A stretch of DNA of 64,000 nt from an uncultured Actinomycetota bacterium (GTDB taxonomy: Bacteria > Actinomycetota > Actinomycetes > Mycobacteriales > Nakamurellaceae): NCBI GenBank assembly GCA_963719475.1, contig CAVRCD010000008.1:30845-94844 (forward strand), in the 5' to 3' direction. The position numbers were made by a program, and so were the translations under genes. Numbering within the stretch: position 1 is the first letter of the stretch; every line of letters starts with the position of its first letter. This document shows positions 29,807-39,953 of the stretch, piece by piece. The notes below the pieces were generated by a model. The model ran no database searches. It saw only the letters and a program-made list of their open reading frames with translations, and was not told the DNA's origin.

Positions 29807-30764
29807 CTTCGAGCGCGTGACGAGGGCGCAGTCCGAACCGCAGCTTTCCGGGGCACCCGCCCATCCCCGCGACTGCAGCACCAGACCCACCTCGGCCGCG
29901 ACGACGCAGGGCTGAGCGGCGACATCTCGCCAGCCGTACCGCAGTGACGCGTGCCCGGCGACGGTGGCGGCGTTGTCCCGTCGGTGATCCCGAAACGCCT
30001 CAGAGGTCGGGTGCGCCTCCCGCCCATCGAGCTCGACGAGCGTCGACCATGGGCCGTACCTCACATCGCGGTACCTGCGGCCACCGGCGGCGTCGCCTCC
30101 GGCCGGTTGCGCTGACCGCGCGGCAAAGCGTGCGGCAGTTCGACGTCACGCCGATACCGTCGCTCGAGCGTCGACTGCACTCCGTCGGTCGCCTCATTCA
30201 AAACATCCAGCAGGAGCGCCCGGAATCGATGACGCGGCCGCGCGGCCAGGGCCGAGTGAAGGCGAGCGGCCGTGGTGACCCGTCGTTGGATGACCCGAAG
30301 GACCAGGTCGACGACGACATCGACGGTGGCCGCGTCGGTGCGATCGAGCAGCGCCACTTCGACGCGGCTCCTGGGGGGTGACGCCGCGGGATGCAACGAA
30401 ACGAGCGCCGCCGAGGTGCGGTGGATTCGCACTCCGGCCTGATGGCGGACCCGGCGGGTGGACGGAATGCTGACGTCGACCCAGACCGGGCGTTCGTCGA
30501 TCGCACCGGCAAGCCATAGGGCCGTGCCGTGACTCGCAGCGGCGCCGGGACCGGCGTACAACACCGCGGCCCAGATCGTGGCTAACGTGCCGACCGGTCC
30601 GGTGAAGGTGCAGTAGACGCCGGGAAGCAACAGTTGCCACCGGCCGTTCACCACGTTCTGGCGCGCCTGTGAGCGGCTGAGGCCAAGGCCATGAGTTGTC
30701 CCCGAGTGACCACGCCATGCTGGTGATCGGCGACCTCACGCCACGGCGCGGGCTGAGCGGGCAT
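29804..30764 (-). CDS. AbiEi-like N-terminal domain plus DUF559-type (very-short-patch/PD-(D/E)xK-like) nuclease protein (frameshifts near 30690 and 30075)
   Basis: QHGVVTRGQL, GRWQLLLPGVY, AAASHGTA, QSTLERRY, VELDGREAH, RDHRRDN and LRYGWRDV. Confidence 0.8.
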
Positions 30765-30861
30765 GGGGCCCGATTGTGCGGGAATCCGAAGATTGCCCGC
30801 CCCAGTTGTGAACACCCGCGACGCCGCGCATCGACGACGCCGTGATCGTGGATGTTCGGCA

Positions 30862-30889
30862 CGCGTCACGCCTGCCGATGTTCCACCGC
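30862..30889. repeat. Inverted copy of the downstream repeat (26/28 match to 29755-29782)
   Basis: CGCGTCACGCCTGCCGATGTTCCACCGC is the reverse complement of GCGGTGGAACATCGGCCGGTGTGACGCG with 2 mismatches. Confidence 0.88.
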
Positions 30890-30917
30890 AACGGTTCCGG
30901 ACGGCCGGGCGAGCAAC

Positions 30918-30952
30918 AAAAAGCGGGCCGGCTCCCGAAGGAACCGGCCCGC
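30918..30952 (-). terminator. Intrinsic terminator of the ABC transporter operon
   Basis: Minus strand GCGGGCCGGTTCC-TTCG-GGAGCCGGCCCGC-TTTTT. Confidence 0.85.
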
Positions 30953-30980
30953 CTGGGTCAGCTGGTGGTGCGACCGACGA

Positions 30981-31958
30981 TCAGCCGGGGATGTTCGCCG
31001 CCACCCACTCCTCGGCGACCTGGGCCGAGTCCTGCTTGTCGACGGTCACCTTGGTCAGCAGCTCGATCAGGGTGTCGGTGGTCAACTTCGCCGAGACCGC
31101 GTCAAGGGTCGAGGTGACCTCCGGCGTGGCCTTGTCGGAGTTGATCAGCGGCAGGATGTTCTGCGCCGCGAAGAGGCTCTTCGGGTCTTCCAGGGCCACC
31201 AGGTCGTTGGCCAGGATGGCCGGATCGGTGGTGAACAGGTTGCCGGCCTGGATCTGGTCACCGGTCAGCGCGTTCAGGGTGAGCGGTCCACCGGCGTCCA
31301 GCGGCTTGAACTCCTTGAAGGTCAGGCCGTAGACCGACTGCAGCCCGGGAACACCGGTCGGCCGGGTCGCCCACTCCGGCGGGCCGCCGAGGATGAATCC
31401 ACTGGCCACCGGCGCGAGGTCGGCGATGGTCTTGAGGTTGTTGGCGTCCGCGGTCTCCTTGGTGACGACGACGGCGTCCTTGTCCTCCGCGTCCGACTTC
31501 GCCAGCACCTCCAGACCGGCAGGGGTGGCGGCCTGCAGGGCGGTGTAGACGTCCTCCGGCGCGGTCGCGGTGGCGGTCGGGTCGAAGTACTGCAGCAGCA
31601 CCCCGGTGTACTCGGGGACGAGGTCGATCGAACCGTCCTGCAGGGCCTTGAGGTAGACCTCGCGGCTGCCGATGTTCAGGTTGGTGCTGGCGTCCACGCC
31701 CTTGTTGGTCAGCGCGGATGCGTAGATGTTGGCCAGCAACGCGCTTTCCGGGAAGTTGGCGGACCCGATGACGATCGCGCCACCGGGCGCGGCTGAACCG
31801 GAACCGGACGTGGCGGCCGAACCGGAGGACGCGGCCGACGCGCTGGTGCTGCTGGCCAGCGGGTCGGACGAGCCGCCGCAGGCGGTCAACGTCAGGGCCG
31901 CGGCGAGCCCGGCGGCAACGAGCGTGCTGCCCTTGATGAGTCTGGATCGAACTGACAC
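30981..31958 (-). CDS. Osmoprotectant/glycine betaine-type ABC transporter substrate-binding lipoprotein
   Basis: Lipobox LTAC; IGSANFPESALLA, DLVPEYTG and LFTTDP. Confidence 0.92.
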   Translation of the reverse strand: MSVRSRLIKGSTLVAAGLAAALTLTACGGSSDPLASSTSASAASSGSAATSGSGSAAPGGAIVIGSANFPESALLANIYASALTNKGVDASTNLNIGSREVYLKALQDGSIDLVPEYTGVLLQYFDPTATATAPEDVYTALQAATPAGLEVLAKSDAEDKDAVVVTKETADANNLKTIADLAPVASGFILGGPPEWATRPTGVPGLQSVYGLTFKEFKPLDAGGPLTLNALTGDQIQAGNLFTTDPAILANDLVALEDPKSLFAAQNILPLINSDKATPEVTSTLDAVSAKLTTDTLIELLTKVTVDKQDSAQVAEEWVAANIPG

Positions 31959-32141
31959 TGCTGCTCCTAGTGATCCGGGCCGGCCGGGTGTGGCCGGGCG
32001 AGGAATTGCTGACGATGCGGTGTGCTGGGTGGTCAGGTGCGTTTCTTGATCAGGGTGCGTGGGTTGGACAGGTGCGTTGGTGAGTCAGGTGCGGTCGTGG
32101 GCCGGCTGTCCCGCAACATCGGAACCGGCGCGGGTCGGCGA

Positions 32142-32888
32142 TCATCCGGTCCCCGAGTTGGTCTGTGCTTTGAGAACGACCAGGTCGGCAGTCGTGGCCT
32201 TGGCCTTGACACTCCGCCCGGTGAGGCCGGGGGAGACCACGAAATGCGCGATGAGCGCCAGGAGCCGGTCGCCGATGATGGCCAGCAGGGCGACCAGGAA
32301 GGCGCCGGCAACCATCATCGAGTAGTTCTGCTGAGCAAGGCCGTCGATCACGTACCGGCCGAATCCGCCGAGCGAGATCACCGCCGCGATCGTGGCGGTG
32401 GCCACCACCTGCAGGAATGCCGACCTGATGCCGGACATGATCAGCGGCAGGGCGACCGGCAATTCGACCCGGGTCAACACCTGACGGCCCGTCATGCCCA
32501 TGCCCTTGGCGGCGTCCCTGGCCGCCGGATCGACGGTGGCGATGCCGGCGTAGGTGTTGGACAGGATCGGCGGCACCGCCAGGATCACCAGCACCGCGAT
32601 CGCCGGTCCGAGCAGAGAGATGCTGCCGCGCAGGGTGTTCAGCCCCCACAGGGCCAGCAGGATCAGCAGGCCGAGCGTCGGGATCGCACGCAGGGCATTG
32701 GCCAGGCCGGAGACCAGACCGGTGAGCTTGCCGGTGTGGCCGATGGCGGCTCCGATCGGCAGGGCGATCACCAGTGCGATGGCCAGCGCCAGCATCGTGT
32801 ACCAGAGGTGCTCGACCAACCGGGCGAGCACACCGCCCGAGCCCGACCAGTTCGAGCCGGTGGTCAACCACTCGAAGGCCCCGGTCAT
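32142..32888 (-). CDS. Osmoprotectant ABC transporter permease
   Basis: RAIPTLGLL, DAAKGMGMT...VELPVALP and GGFGRY. Confidence 0.92.
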   Translation of the reverse strand: MTGAFEWLTTGSNWSGSGGVLARLVEHLWYTMLALAIALVIALPIGAAIGHTGKLTGLVSGLANALRAIPTLGLLILLALWGLNTLRGSISLLGPAIAVLVILAVPPILSNTYAGIATVDPAARDAAKGMGMTGRQVLTRVELPVALPLIMSGIRSAFLQVVATATIAAVISLGGFGRYVIDGLAQQNYSMMVAGAFLVALLAIIGDRLLALIAHFVVSPGLTGRSVKAKATTADLVVLKAQTNSGTG

Positions 32889-33535
32889 CGGCTCTTCACC
32901 ACCCGTTGCCACGGCGTGCTGAACCGCACGATCAGTTGGATGGCAACGTCGAACAGGGCCGCCAGCAGCAGGCACAGCACGATGCCGGCCACGATCGGCG
33001 TCGCGAAGTCCAGCTGGAACCCGACAGTGAACAGCTGACCGAGTTGCGGGATACCCAGCAGGGCGGCCACCGAGACCAGGCTGACGTTGGAGACGGCCGC
33101 CACCCGCAGCCCCGCGCCGATCACCGGGATGGCCAGCGGGAGTTGGACATTGATCAACGACTTCAACGGCCGGTAGCCCATCGCCGACGCACTCTGCACC
33201 ACCAGCGGCGGCACCGAATCCAGCGCGTCGGCCACCACCCGGACCAGGAGCGCCAAGGTGTAGAGGGTCAGGGCGACGACCACGTTCAGCGGGTCGAGGA
33301 TCCGGGTGCCGAGGATCGCCGGCAGCACCACGAACAGGGCGAGCGAAGGCACCGTGTAGAGCAGGCCGGCGAGGGTGATCAAGGTGGCGTACGACCAGCG
33401 GTAACGATGGGCGAGCGCACCGATCGGCAGGGCCAGCAGCAGCCCGACCACGGTCGGGATCAGCGCGAGCCAGAAATGGGCGATCAGCCAGGTCACGATC
33501 TGGTCGGTGTTCCGATCCAGCCACGCCCAGTTCAC
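32885..33535 (-). CDS. Osmoprotectant ABC transporter permease
   Basis: LYTVPSLALF and ASAMGY...VQLPLAIP; GTG start overlaps the ATPase stop. Confidence 0.92.
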   Translation of the reverse strand: MNWAWLDRNTDQIVTWLIAHFWLALIPTVVGLLLALPIGALAHRYRWSYATLITLAGLLYTVPSLALFVVLPAILGTRILDPLNVVVALTLYTLALLVRVVADALDSVPPLVVQSASAMGYRPLKSLINVQLPLAIPVIGAGLRVAAVSNVSLVSVAALLGIPQLGQLFTVGFQLDFATPIVAGIVLCLLLAALFDVAIQLIVRFSTPWQRVVKSR

Positions 33536-34725
33536 GTCGCGGCCCCGGCCTTGCGGAGCGGATCGACCGGCTCGGCCGCAGAAATCTGCGGGGCCGGCGG
33601 ATCGCCTCCCGCGCCGCGGGACTTCTCGATCGCGGCCAGCACGTCCCTGGCGGCGACGGTGCCGATCACCTTCGATTCGCCGTCCACGGCAACTCCGCGT
33701 CCGGACGGTGACGACAGCGCCGCGTCCAGCGCCGTCCGCAGCGAGGCGTCCGGGCCGGCCAGCGAGCCGCCGAGGACGAGGTCGTCCACCGTCACCCGAT
33801 GTCCTTCCGGCACCCGGAGGCAGTCGAGCCAGCCACGCGGCTGGCGCTGCTCGTCGACCACCAGCAACCACTGGCCGTGGGCGTCGCCGATCCCCTCGGC
33901 GGCCGAACCGGCGCCGGCGGGAACAGCTTGGCCCAGCGCCAGGGTCGGCTCGTCGTGCAGCGGCAGGTCCTCCGACACCACGAACGACAGGGCCCGGTAC
34001 CCACGGTCGCGACCGACGAAATCGGCGACGAAATCGTCGGCCGGCCGGCTGAGCACGTCGGCGGGCCGGGCGAATTGCGCGAGCCGACCACCGACGGCGA
34101 ACACGGCGATCTGGTCGCCGAGTTTGACGGCCTCGTCGATGTCGTGGGTGACGAACACGATGGTCTTACCGAGTTCGGACTGCAAACGGATGAATTCGTC
34201 CTGCAGCTGGGCGCGGACCACGGGGTCGACCGCGGAGAACGGCTCGTCCATCAGCATCACCGGCGGATCGGCGGCCAGTGCCCTGGCCACGCCGACGCGT
34301 TGCTGCTGACCGCCCGACAGCTGGGCCGGGTACCTGCTGCCCATCGCGGCGTCCAAACCGACCCTGGCCAGCAGGTCCCCGGCGGCAGCACGGGCGGCCC
34401 GGCGACTCTGGCCCTGCAGGACAGGGACGGTGGCGATGTTGTCCAGCACCGTGCGATGGGGGAACAAGCCGGCGTTCTGGATGACGTACCCGATCCCACG
34501 GCGCAGGGTCGGGGCGTCGATGCTTCTGGTGTCCTTGCCGTCGATCAACACCACACCACCGGTGGGCTCGATCATCCGGTTGATCATCCGCAGCGACGTG
34601 GTTTTCCCGCAGCCGGATGGGCCGACGAAAACCGTGATCTTGCCGGTGGGGATCTCGATGGTCAGGTCTTCCACGGCCGGAGTTCCGTCCGGGTAGACCT
34701 TCGACACTGATTGGAAATTGATCAC
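33532..34725 (-). CDS. Osmoprotectant ABC transporter ATP-binding protein
   Basis: GPSGCGKTT, LSGGQQQRVG, MDEPF and VTHD; CBS-like C-terminus. Confidence 0.95.
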   Translation of the reverse strand: MINFQSVSKVYPDGTPAVEDLTIEIPTGKITVFVGPSGCGKTTSLRMINRMIEPTGGVVLIDGKDTRSIDAPTLRRGIGYVIQNAGLFPHRTVLDNIATVPVLQGQSRRAARAAAGDLLARVGLDAAMGSRYPAQLSGGQQQRVGVARALAADPPVMLMDEPFSAVDPVVRAQLQDEFIRLQSELGKTIVFVTHDIDEAVKLGDQIAVFAVGGRLAQFARPADVLSRPADDFVADFVGRDRGYRALSFVVSEDLPLHDEPTLALGQAVPAGAGSAAEGIGDAHGQWLLVVDEQRQPRGWLDCLRVPEGHRVTVDDLVLGGSLAGPDASLRTALDAALSSPSGRGVAVDGESKVIGTVAARDVLAAIEKSRGAGGDPPAPQISAAEPVDPLRKAGAAT

Positions 34726-35036
34726 GGCGGTCCCTTTCGGGTAGGCCTGTGGCGACGGAATAGCGGGCGGGCGGTGGGCGTCGTCGGTGCGGGCGTGCAG
34801 TGGTGCGGCAAGTCGGCACTGACTCGCGAGCGATCAACCCGTCGGTTCGATCGGTGACACCCTGTGGTGACCGGTCGACGCTCGTGCCAGACAGTACCCC
34901 GAGTGCCCGACAGCGAACCCTCCCGCACGCGGAACCTTCCCTGACCGGTTGTTTGCGCGGCGGCAGTCGGTGGGGAGACGGGGTCAGGGTCGAAGGGCTG
35001 CCGACCGCTGCCGCACCCGGTCTCGCCAGGGGACCG

Positions 35037-36652
35037 GTGCGCCAGACTGTCCGGGTGATCGAACTGGGCGGCGGGACGCTGAGCTGCGAACAGATCGTGG
35101 ACATCGCCCGCCATCGGGAACCGGTGCGGTTGGCCGACGATCTGGCACCCCGGCTGGCCGCGAACCACGATGCCGTGCTCCGGCTGGCCGAAACCGGGCC
35201 GGTGTACGGCCGATCGACCGGGGTGGGCGCACTGATCACGGCCCGGCTGATGGACACCGAAGTGCCGACCGCGGCCGCGTCAGCGGGGGATGCGGGGATC
35301 TCGAAGGCGGACGCGGCACCCGAGCACGGCGACGGATTGTTGCGCAGCCACGCGACGACGGCCGGCCCGCCGCTGCCGGTCGAACAGATCCGGGCGATGA
35401 CGGCCGTCCGGGTGCAGCAGATCTCGGTCGGCCGCAGTGGGCTCGGCCCCCAGGCGGTCGTCGCGCTGGTGGACCTGCTGAACACCGACCGGATGCCGAT
35501 CATCGGCCGGTTCAACTCCATCGGCACCGGTGACATCGCGCCGCTCGCCAGACTCGCATTGGCGCTGCCGGACGGCGCTCTCGATCCGGGCGACGGCCTG
35601 GCCTTGATGTCGTCCAACGCGTTGACCATCGGTCGCGCTGCGCTGGCCGTCGTCGATCTCGAACGGTTGTTGGCTGCGGCGACCGTCGTCACCGCACTGA
35701 CCTTCCTGGCCAGGGACGGCGCCGGTGGTGCCCTGCATCCCCAGGCGGCCGGTCCGTTCCCCGGGCCGCAGCGGATCGCCAGGGTGCTCCGCAGGCTCGA
35801 CGCCGGCAGCCGACGGGCCGCGCGGCTGCAGGACCAGTACGGGCTGCGTGCGGCTCCGCAGACCCTCGGGATCGCGGTCGACGGCGCGGCCGGGCTCCGT
35901 CAGGTCGTCACCGCGCTGGCGAACGCCGGACTGGAGAACCCGCTGGTCCTGGGCGGTCCGCCGGCCAGCGCCGTGCATCACGGTGGGTTCCACGCCGTTC
36001 ACCTGACGGCCGCACTCGACGATGCGGCCCTCGGCCTGGCCAGGGCCGCGGTCGGGTCGATCAACCGGCTGTCCCTGCTGACCGAACCGCTGCCGGTGGC
36101 CACGCCGGACGTCCGGGTCAGCACCGACGCCGCAGTTGCCGCCGGCTACGACGTGGTGACCGCCGACGAACCGGTCCTCCAGGTCTCCCGCCCGTTCCTG
36201 GCCGGTGGCCCGAGCACCGCGTCCGGGATCATGGTCCTGGAGTACACGGCGGCGGCCGCGCTCGGCACCGTCCGGGCGGCGGCCGCCCCCGCGGCGGCGC
36301 AGAGCGCCGGCCTGTCCCGGGGTATCGAGCAGGACGCCACCTACGCCCCGCTGGCCGCCGACCAACTGGCTGACGCCATCGCGCGCGGCCACGGGTGGTG
36401 GTCGCCGTCGAACTGGTGGCCGCGACCAGGGCAATCCGGCTGCGCGGATTGACCCCACCGGCAGCGCTGGAACCGGCATGGTCGGTCTGCGCCCGGCTGC
36501 CGGCCACCATGGTCGACCGGGATCTGAGCGTGGACGTGGAGCTGGCGCAGGCGCTGCTGGACGACATTGCACCGTTCGGGGCGGACTCGGGCACGATGGG
36601 GACAAACCTCACCCAGACCAACTCGCCCGACCCGAAGGACGGCCTTCCGTGA
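35037..36652 (+). CDS. Aromatic amino acid ammonia-lyase family protein, divergent HAL paralogue (frameshift near 36388)
   Basis: PVYGRSTGVGA, LLRSHA, SIGTGDIAPLA, LALMSSN, LQDQYGLRAAPQ, ENP, HHGGFH and VELVAATRA. Confidence 0.85.
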
Positions 36653-37836
36653 CCGACGCGCTCCATTTTCCGTTGATGTTCTCGCGTGACGGGCTGGATC
36701 CGATCGCCGAACTCGGCGAGCGGCGGGTCACCGAGCCGGTGTCGAAACTGGAGCTGCCGTTCGGCATCACCGCCTGGCTGGTGACCGGCTATGACGCGGC
36801 GAAAGAGGTGTTGGGCGATGCCACCTCGTTCAGCAACGCCTTCGGCAACCTGACCACGTCCGGAACCGACGACGAGCAGGATCCGGGTGGGCTGGGAATG
36901 ACCGACCCGCCGTACCACACCCGGCTGCGCAAGATGCTGACCCCGGAATTCACCATGCGCCGGCTGCAGCGACTCAAGCCGCGGATCGTCGCCATCGTCG
37001 AGGGGCAATTGGATGCCATCGAACGGGCCGGTCAGCCGGCGGATCTGGTGGATCTGTTCGCCATGCCCATCCCGTCGCTGGTGATCTGCGAGCTGCTGGG
37101 CGTTCCGTACGAGGACCGGGAGGGATTCCAGGCGCTGAGCACCGCCCGGTTCGATCTCGGTGACGACTCACCGCTCGACGTCATCGGAACGTCGCTGGAC
37201 TACCTGCAGGGACTGGTGGTCAACGAGCGGGCCAACCCCGGCGAGGGTTTGCTCGGAATGCTGATCCGCGAACACGGCGACGACATCAGCGACCGGGAAC
37301 TGGCCGGCCTGGCCGACGGGCTGCTCACCGGCGGGCACGAGACCACCGCGAGTTCGTTGTCGCTGGGCGCGCTGGCCCTGATGCAGAGTCCGGACTACTA
37401 CGCCAGGCTCGGCTCCGCCGACGACGAGACCGCGCACCTGGCCGTCGAGGAACTGCTGCGCTACCTCACCGTGGTGCAGGTCGCCTTTCCCCGGTTCTCC
37501 CGCACCGAGGTGACGATCGGCGGGCAACCGATTCCGGCCGGCGCGCTGGTCCTGGTGTCGCTGTCGGCGGCCGACCGGGACGCCGTGCTCGGCGGTGGCG
37601 ACGGCCCCGACATGGACACCTTCGATCCGACCCGCCCGGCCACCTCGCATCTCGCCTTCGGCTACGGGATCCACCGTTGCGTCGGCGCCGAACTGGCCAG
37701 GATGGAACTGCGGATCGCGTTTCCGGCACTGGCCCGGCGGTTCCCCACCATGCGGCCGGCGGTCGGGATGGACGAGGTGCGCTTCCGGAGCTCGTCGATC
37801 GTCTACAGCGCGGAAACCATGCCGGTCGTCTGGTGA
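36649..37836 (+). CDS. Cytochrome P450
   Basis: DPPYHTRLR, GGHETT, EELLR and HLAFGYGIHRCVG (heme Cys); GTGA overlap with the lyase. Confidence 0.96.
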   Translation: MTDALHFPLMFSRDGLDPIAELGERRVTEPVSKLELPFGITAWLVTGYDAAKEVLGDATSFSNAFGNLTTSGTDDEQDPGGLGMTDPPYHTRLRKMLTPEFTMRRLQRLKPRIVAIVEGQLDAIERAGQPADLVDLFAMPIPSLVICELLGVPYEDREGFQALSTARFDLGDDSPLDVIGTSLDYLQGLVVNERANPGEGLLGMLIREHGDDISDRELAGLADGLLTGGHETTASSLSLGALALMQSPDYYARLGSADDETAHLAVEELLRYLTVVQVAFPRFSRTEVTIGGQPIPAGALVLVSLSAADRDAVLGGGDGPDMDTFDPTRPATSHLAFGYGIHRCVGAELARMELRIAFPALARRFPTMRPAVGMDEVRFRSSSIVYSAETMPVVW

Positions 37837-37949
37837 CCGCTGCGCGCTCGCGGGCGACCCGTTGACGGTGACCGCGACCGCCTCTTGCGAAACTGATCGG
37901 CGATGAGCGGGACCACGCCGCAACCGAGTTGTCAGGAGGCGATCCAGCG

Positions 37950-38393
37950 ATGTCGTCGGAGACCGAATATCTGCCGGGAACCAGTCGGCGTGCCAACGAT
38001 CAGGTGCGTGCCTACGAAGCGTCGGACGGCGCCAAGCAGGGCGACATGCGCGGCGTGCCGGTGATCATCCTGACCACCCGTGGCCGCAAATCCGGTGCCC
38101 TGCGCAAGGTTCCGCTGATGCGGGTCACCGACGGCGAGCGGTACGCGGTGATCGCCTCGCTCGGCGGAGCCCCCGAGCACCCGGTCTGGTACCTGAATCT
38201 GCTGGCCGACCCGGAGGTCACCCTGCAGGACAAGGACGTCCGGCGGCGGTACCTGGCACGGACGACCAGCGGCGCGGAACGTCAGGAATGGTGGGACCGG
38301 GCGGCCGCCGTCTGGCCGTACTACAACGGCTACCAGACGAAGACGGATCGGGAGATCCCGGTCGTCCTGCTCGAGCCGGTTTCCGACGACTGA
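37950..38393 (+). CDS. Deazaflavin (F420)-dependent nitroreductase/quinone reductase, Ddn family
   Basis: LTTRGRKSG, ASLGGAPEHPVWYLNL and YQTKTDREIPVVLLEP; AGGAGG RBS. Confidence 0.93.
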   Translation: MSSETEYLPGTSRRANDQVRAYEASDGAKQGDMRGVPVIILTTRGRKSGALRKVPLMRVTDGERYAVIASLGGAPEHPVWYLNLLADPEVTLQDKDVRRRYLARTTSGAERQEWWDRAAAVWPYYNGYQTKTDREIPVVLLEPVSDD

Positions 38394-38427
38394 GCCCGTC
38401 ATCGTCGCCCCGGTGACGCGGCCGACC

Positions 38428-38454
38428 GGAATACACCCCTGACGTCGGACGTTG
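38428..38454 (+). promoter_or_regulatory. Autoregulatory SigH/SigR promoter
   Basis: GGAAT-N18-GTTG, an exact match to the SigR consensus. Confidence 0.8.
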
Positions 38455-38505
38455 CCCCCACAGGAGCCGGAACACCGGCCAGGGACATCTCGGAGGCGGC
38501 GCAAC

Positions 38506-39555
38506 ATGACGGTTCTGCTCGCAGACGACCGGACCCAGGAGGGACCGGCGACCGCGCGGAACAGGGTGACGGCGCCCCGGTCCCGACCACGGGGCCGCCG
38601 GGAGTCACCGGCGCGACGGGTACCCTCAACGCTGCGCCGCGAATCCCGCGTCGTGGGGGACCGGACGCGACCGGCGGTAGCAGGGCAGGTGAACTACGTG
38701 GCCACCACGTCGGTCGACGACGAGCTGAGCCAGCGCTTCACCGAGCAGGCGATGCCGCTGTTGGATCAGCTCTACGCCGCCGCGCTGCGGATGACGCGCA
38801 ACCCGGCGGACGCCGAGGATCTGGTCCAGGAGACGTTCCTCAAGGCCTACGCCGCCTTCGGCAGCTTCACCCAGGGAACGAATCTGCGGGCCTGGCTGTA
38901 CCGCATCCTGACCAACACCTACATCAACGGCTACCGCAAGAAGCAGCGCCAGCCGATCGTCAGCGGCACCGACGAGATCACCGACTGGCAGCTGGCGGCC
39001 GCCGAGTCGCACACGTCGACCGGACTGCGGTCCGCGGAGATGGATGCTCTCGACCGGCTGCCCGACTCCGACGTCAAGGAAGCGCTGCAGGAATTGCCGG
39101 AGGACTTCCGGCTCGCGGTGTACCTGGCCGATGTCGAGGGATTCGCCTACAAGGAGATCGCCGAGATCATGGGAACCCCGCTGGGGACCGTGATGTCCAG
39201 GCTGCACCGCGGTCGGCGCCAACTGCGCGACCTGTTGACCGCGTATGCCACGGAACGGGGATTCCTCCGGCCGAAGCCGGAGTCGACGGCAGATGCCGAT
39301 GCAGAGCCGGTATCGGTCGCTGCGAGCGGCGGTCAGCGGGGAAGAGAACGCCACCAACGTCGGGGACGGACGAAGGGAAGGTCGCGGCGATGGCCTGCGG
39401 TGACCCGATGGAGGACTCCCAGTGCTCGGGCGTCCTGCGCGATGTCTGGCTGTTCCTGGACGACGAGATGGACCAGGAGAACCGGGCCAAGGTGCAGCAG
39501 CACCTGGACGAGTGTTCACCGTGCCTGGTCGAGGCCGGCCTGGACCAGAAGCTGA
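38506..39555 (+). CDS. sigH: ECF sigma factor SigH/SigR (true stop probably near 39403; apparent tail frameshift near 39340)
   Basis: [43 protein letters not shown] and [15 protein letters not shown]; followed by a ZAS anti-sigma gene. Confidence 0.93.
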   Translation: MTVLLADDRTQEGPATARNRVTAPRSRPRGRRESPARRVPSTLRRESRVVGDRTRPAVAGQVNYVATTSVDDELSQRFTEQAMPLLDQLYAAALRMTRNPADAEDLVQETFLKAYAAFGSFTQGTNLRAWLYRILTNTYINGYRKKQRQPIVSGTDEITDWQLAAAESHTSTGLRSAEMDALDRLPDSDVKEALQELPEDFRLAVYLADVEGFAYKEIAEIMGTPLGTVMSRLHRGRRQLRDLLTAYATERGFLRPKPESTADADAEPVSVAASGGQRGRERHQRRGRTKGRSRRWPAVTRWRTPSARASCAMSGCSWTTRWTRRTGPRCSSTWTSVHRAWSRPAWTRS

Positions 39556-39719
39556 AGGAGCTGCTGCACCGCAAGTGCGGCGGCGATCGGGCTCCCGAGC
39601 AACTGCGTCAGCGACTGGTCGCGACGCTCAGCTCGGTGCGGGTCACCGCGGTGACCGAAGACGGCGTCGAGGAGCTGACGGTGCGATCCGTCCAGGTGAC
39701 GCAGCGCCCCCCGGGCTGA
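39390..39719 (+). CDS. rshA: Zinc-binding anti-sigma factor RshA/RsrA
   Basis: C...WLFLDDE and HLDECSPC (HxxxCxxC), [12 protein letters not shown]. Confidence 0.92.
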   Translation: MACGDPMEDSQCSGVLRDVWLFLDDEMDQENRAKVQQHLDECSPCLVEAGLDQKLKELLHRKCGGDRAPEQLRQRLVATLSSVRVTAVTEDGVEELTVRSVQVTQRPPG

Positions 39720-39774
39720 GCTGATCATCCACAGCGGTCACCGTCGTGCCGCAGTACGTCGCAACAGCAAGGAA

Positions 39775-39816
39775 AAGGCCGGCAGTTCCTCGACATCTCG
39801 AGGGGCTGCCGGCCTT
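39775..39816. terminator. Hairpin terminator between rshA and bL37
   Basis: AAGGCCGGCAGTTCCTCGA-CATC-TCGAGGGGCTGCCGGCCTT; T-rich tail on the minus strand. Confidence 0.7.
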
Positions 39817-39878
39817 CAGGGCCGTTGATCTCAAGGCCGTTGATCACCAGGGACGTTGATCGTCCGGAACGGCGATCG

Positions 39879-39953
39879 TCAGGAATTGGGACGATTGCCG
39901 TGGTTGGCGCCGTTCTTCTTGCGGGACTTCTTCTTGCGACCGCGCTTGCTCAT
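39879..39953 (-). CDS. 50S ribosomal protein bL37 (24 aa)
   Basis: MSKRGRKKKSRKKNGANHGNRPNS with GGAGG RBS, at the conserved position after rshA. Confidence 0.9.
   Translation of the reverse strand: MSKRGRKKKSRKKNGANHGNRPNS

Noticed and set aside
29804-30764. Type IV toxin-antitoxin (AbiE) system
   Set aside because: There is no adjacent AbiEii nucleotidyltransferase toxin; only the N-terminal domain resembles AbiEi.
34979-38393. Secondary-metabolite biosynthetic cluster (lyase plus P450)
   Set aside because: No NRPS, PKS, CoA ligase or other scaffold enzyme is nearby; a catabolic interpretation is preferred.
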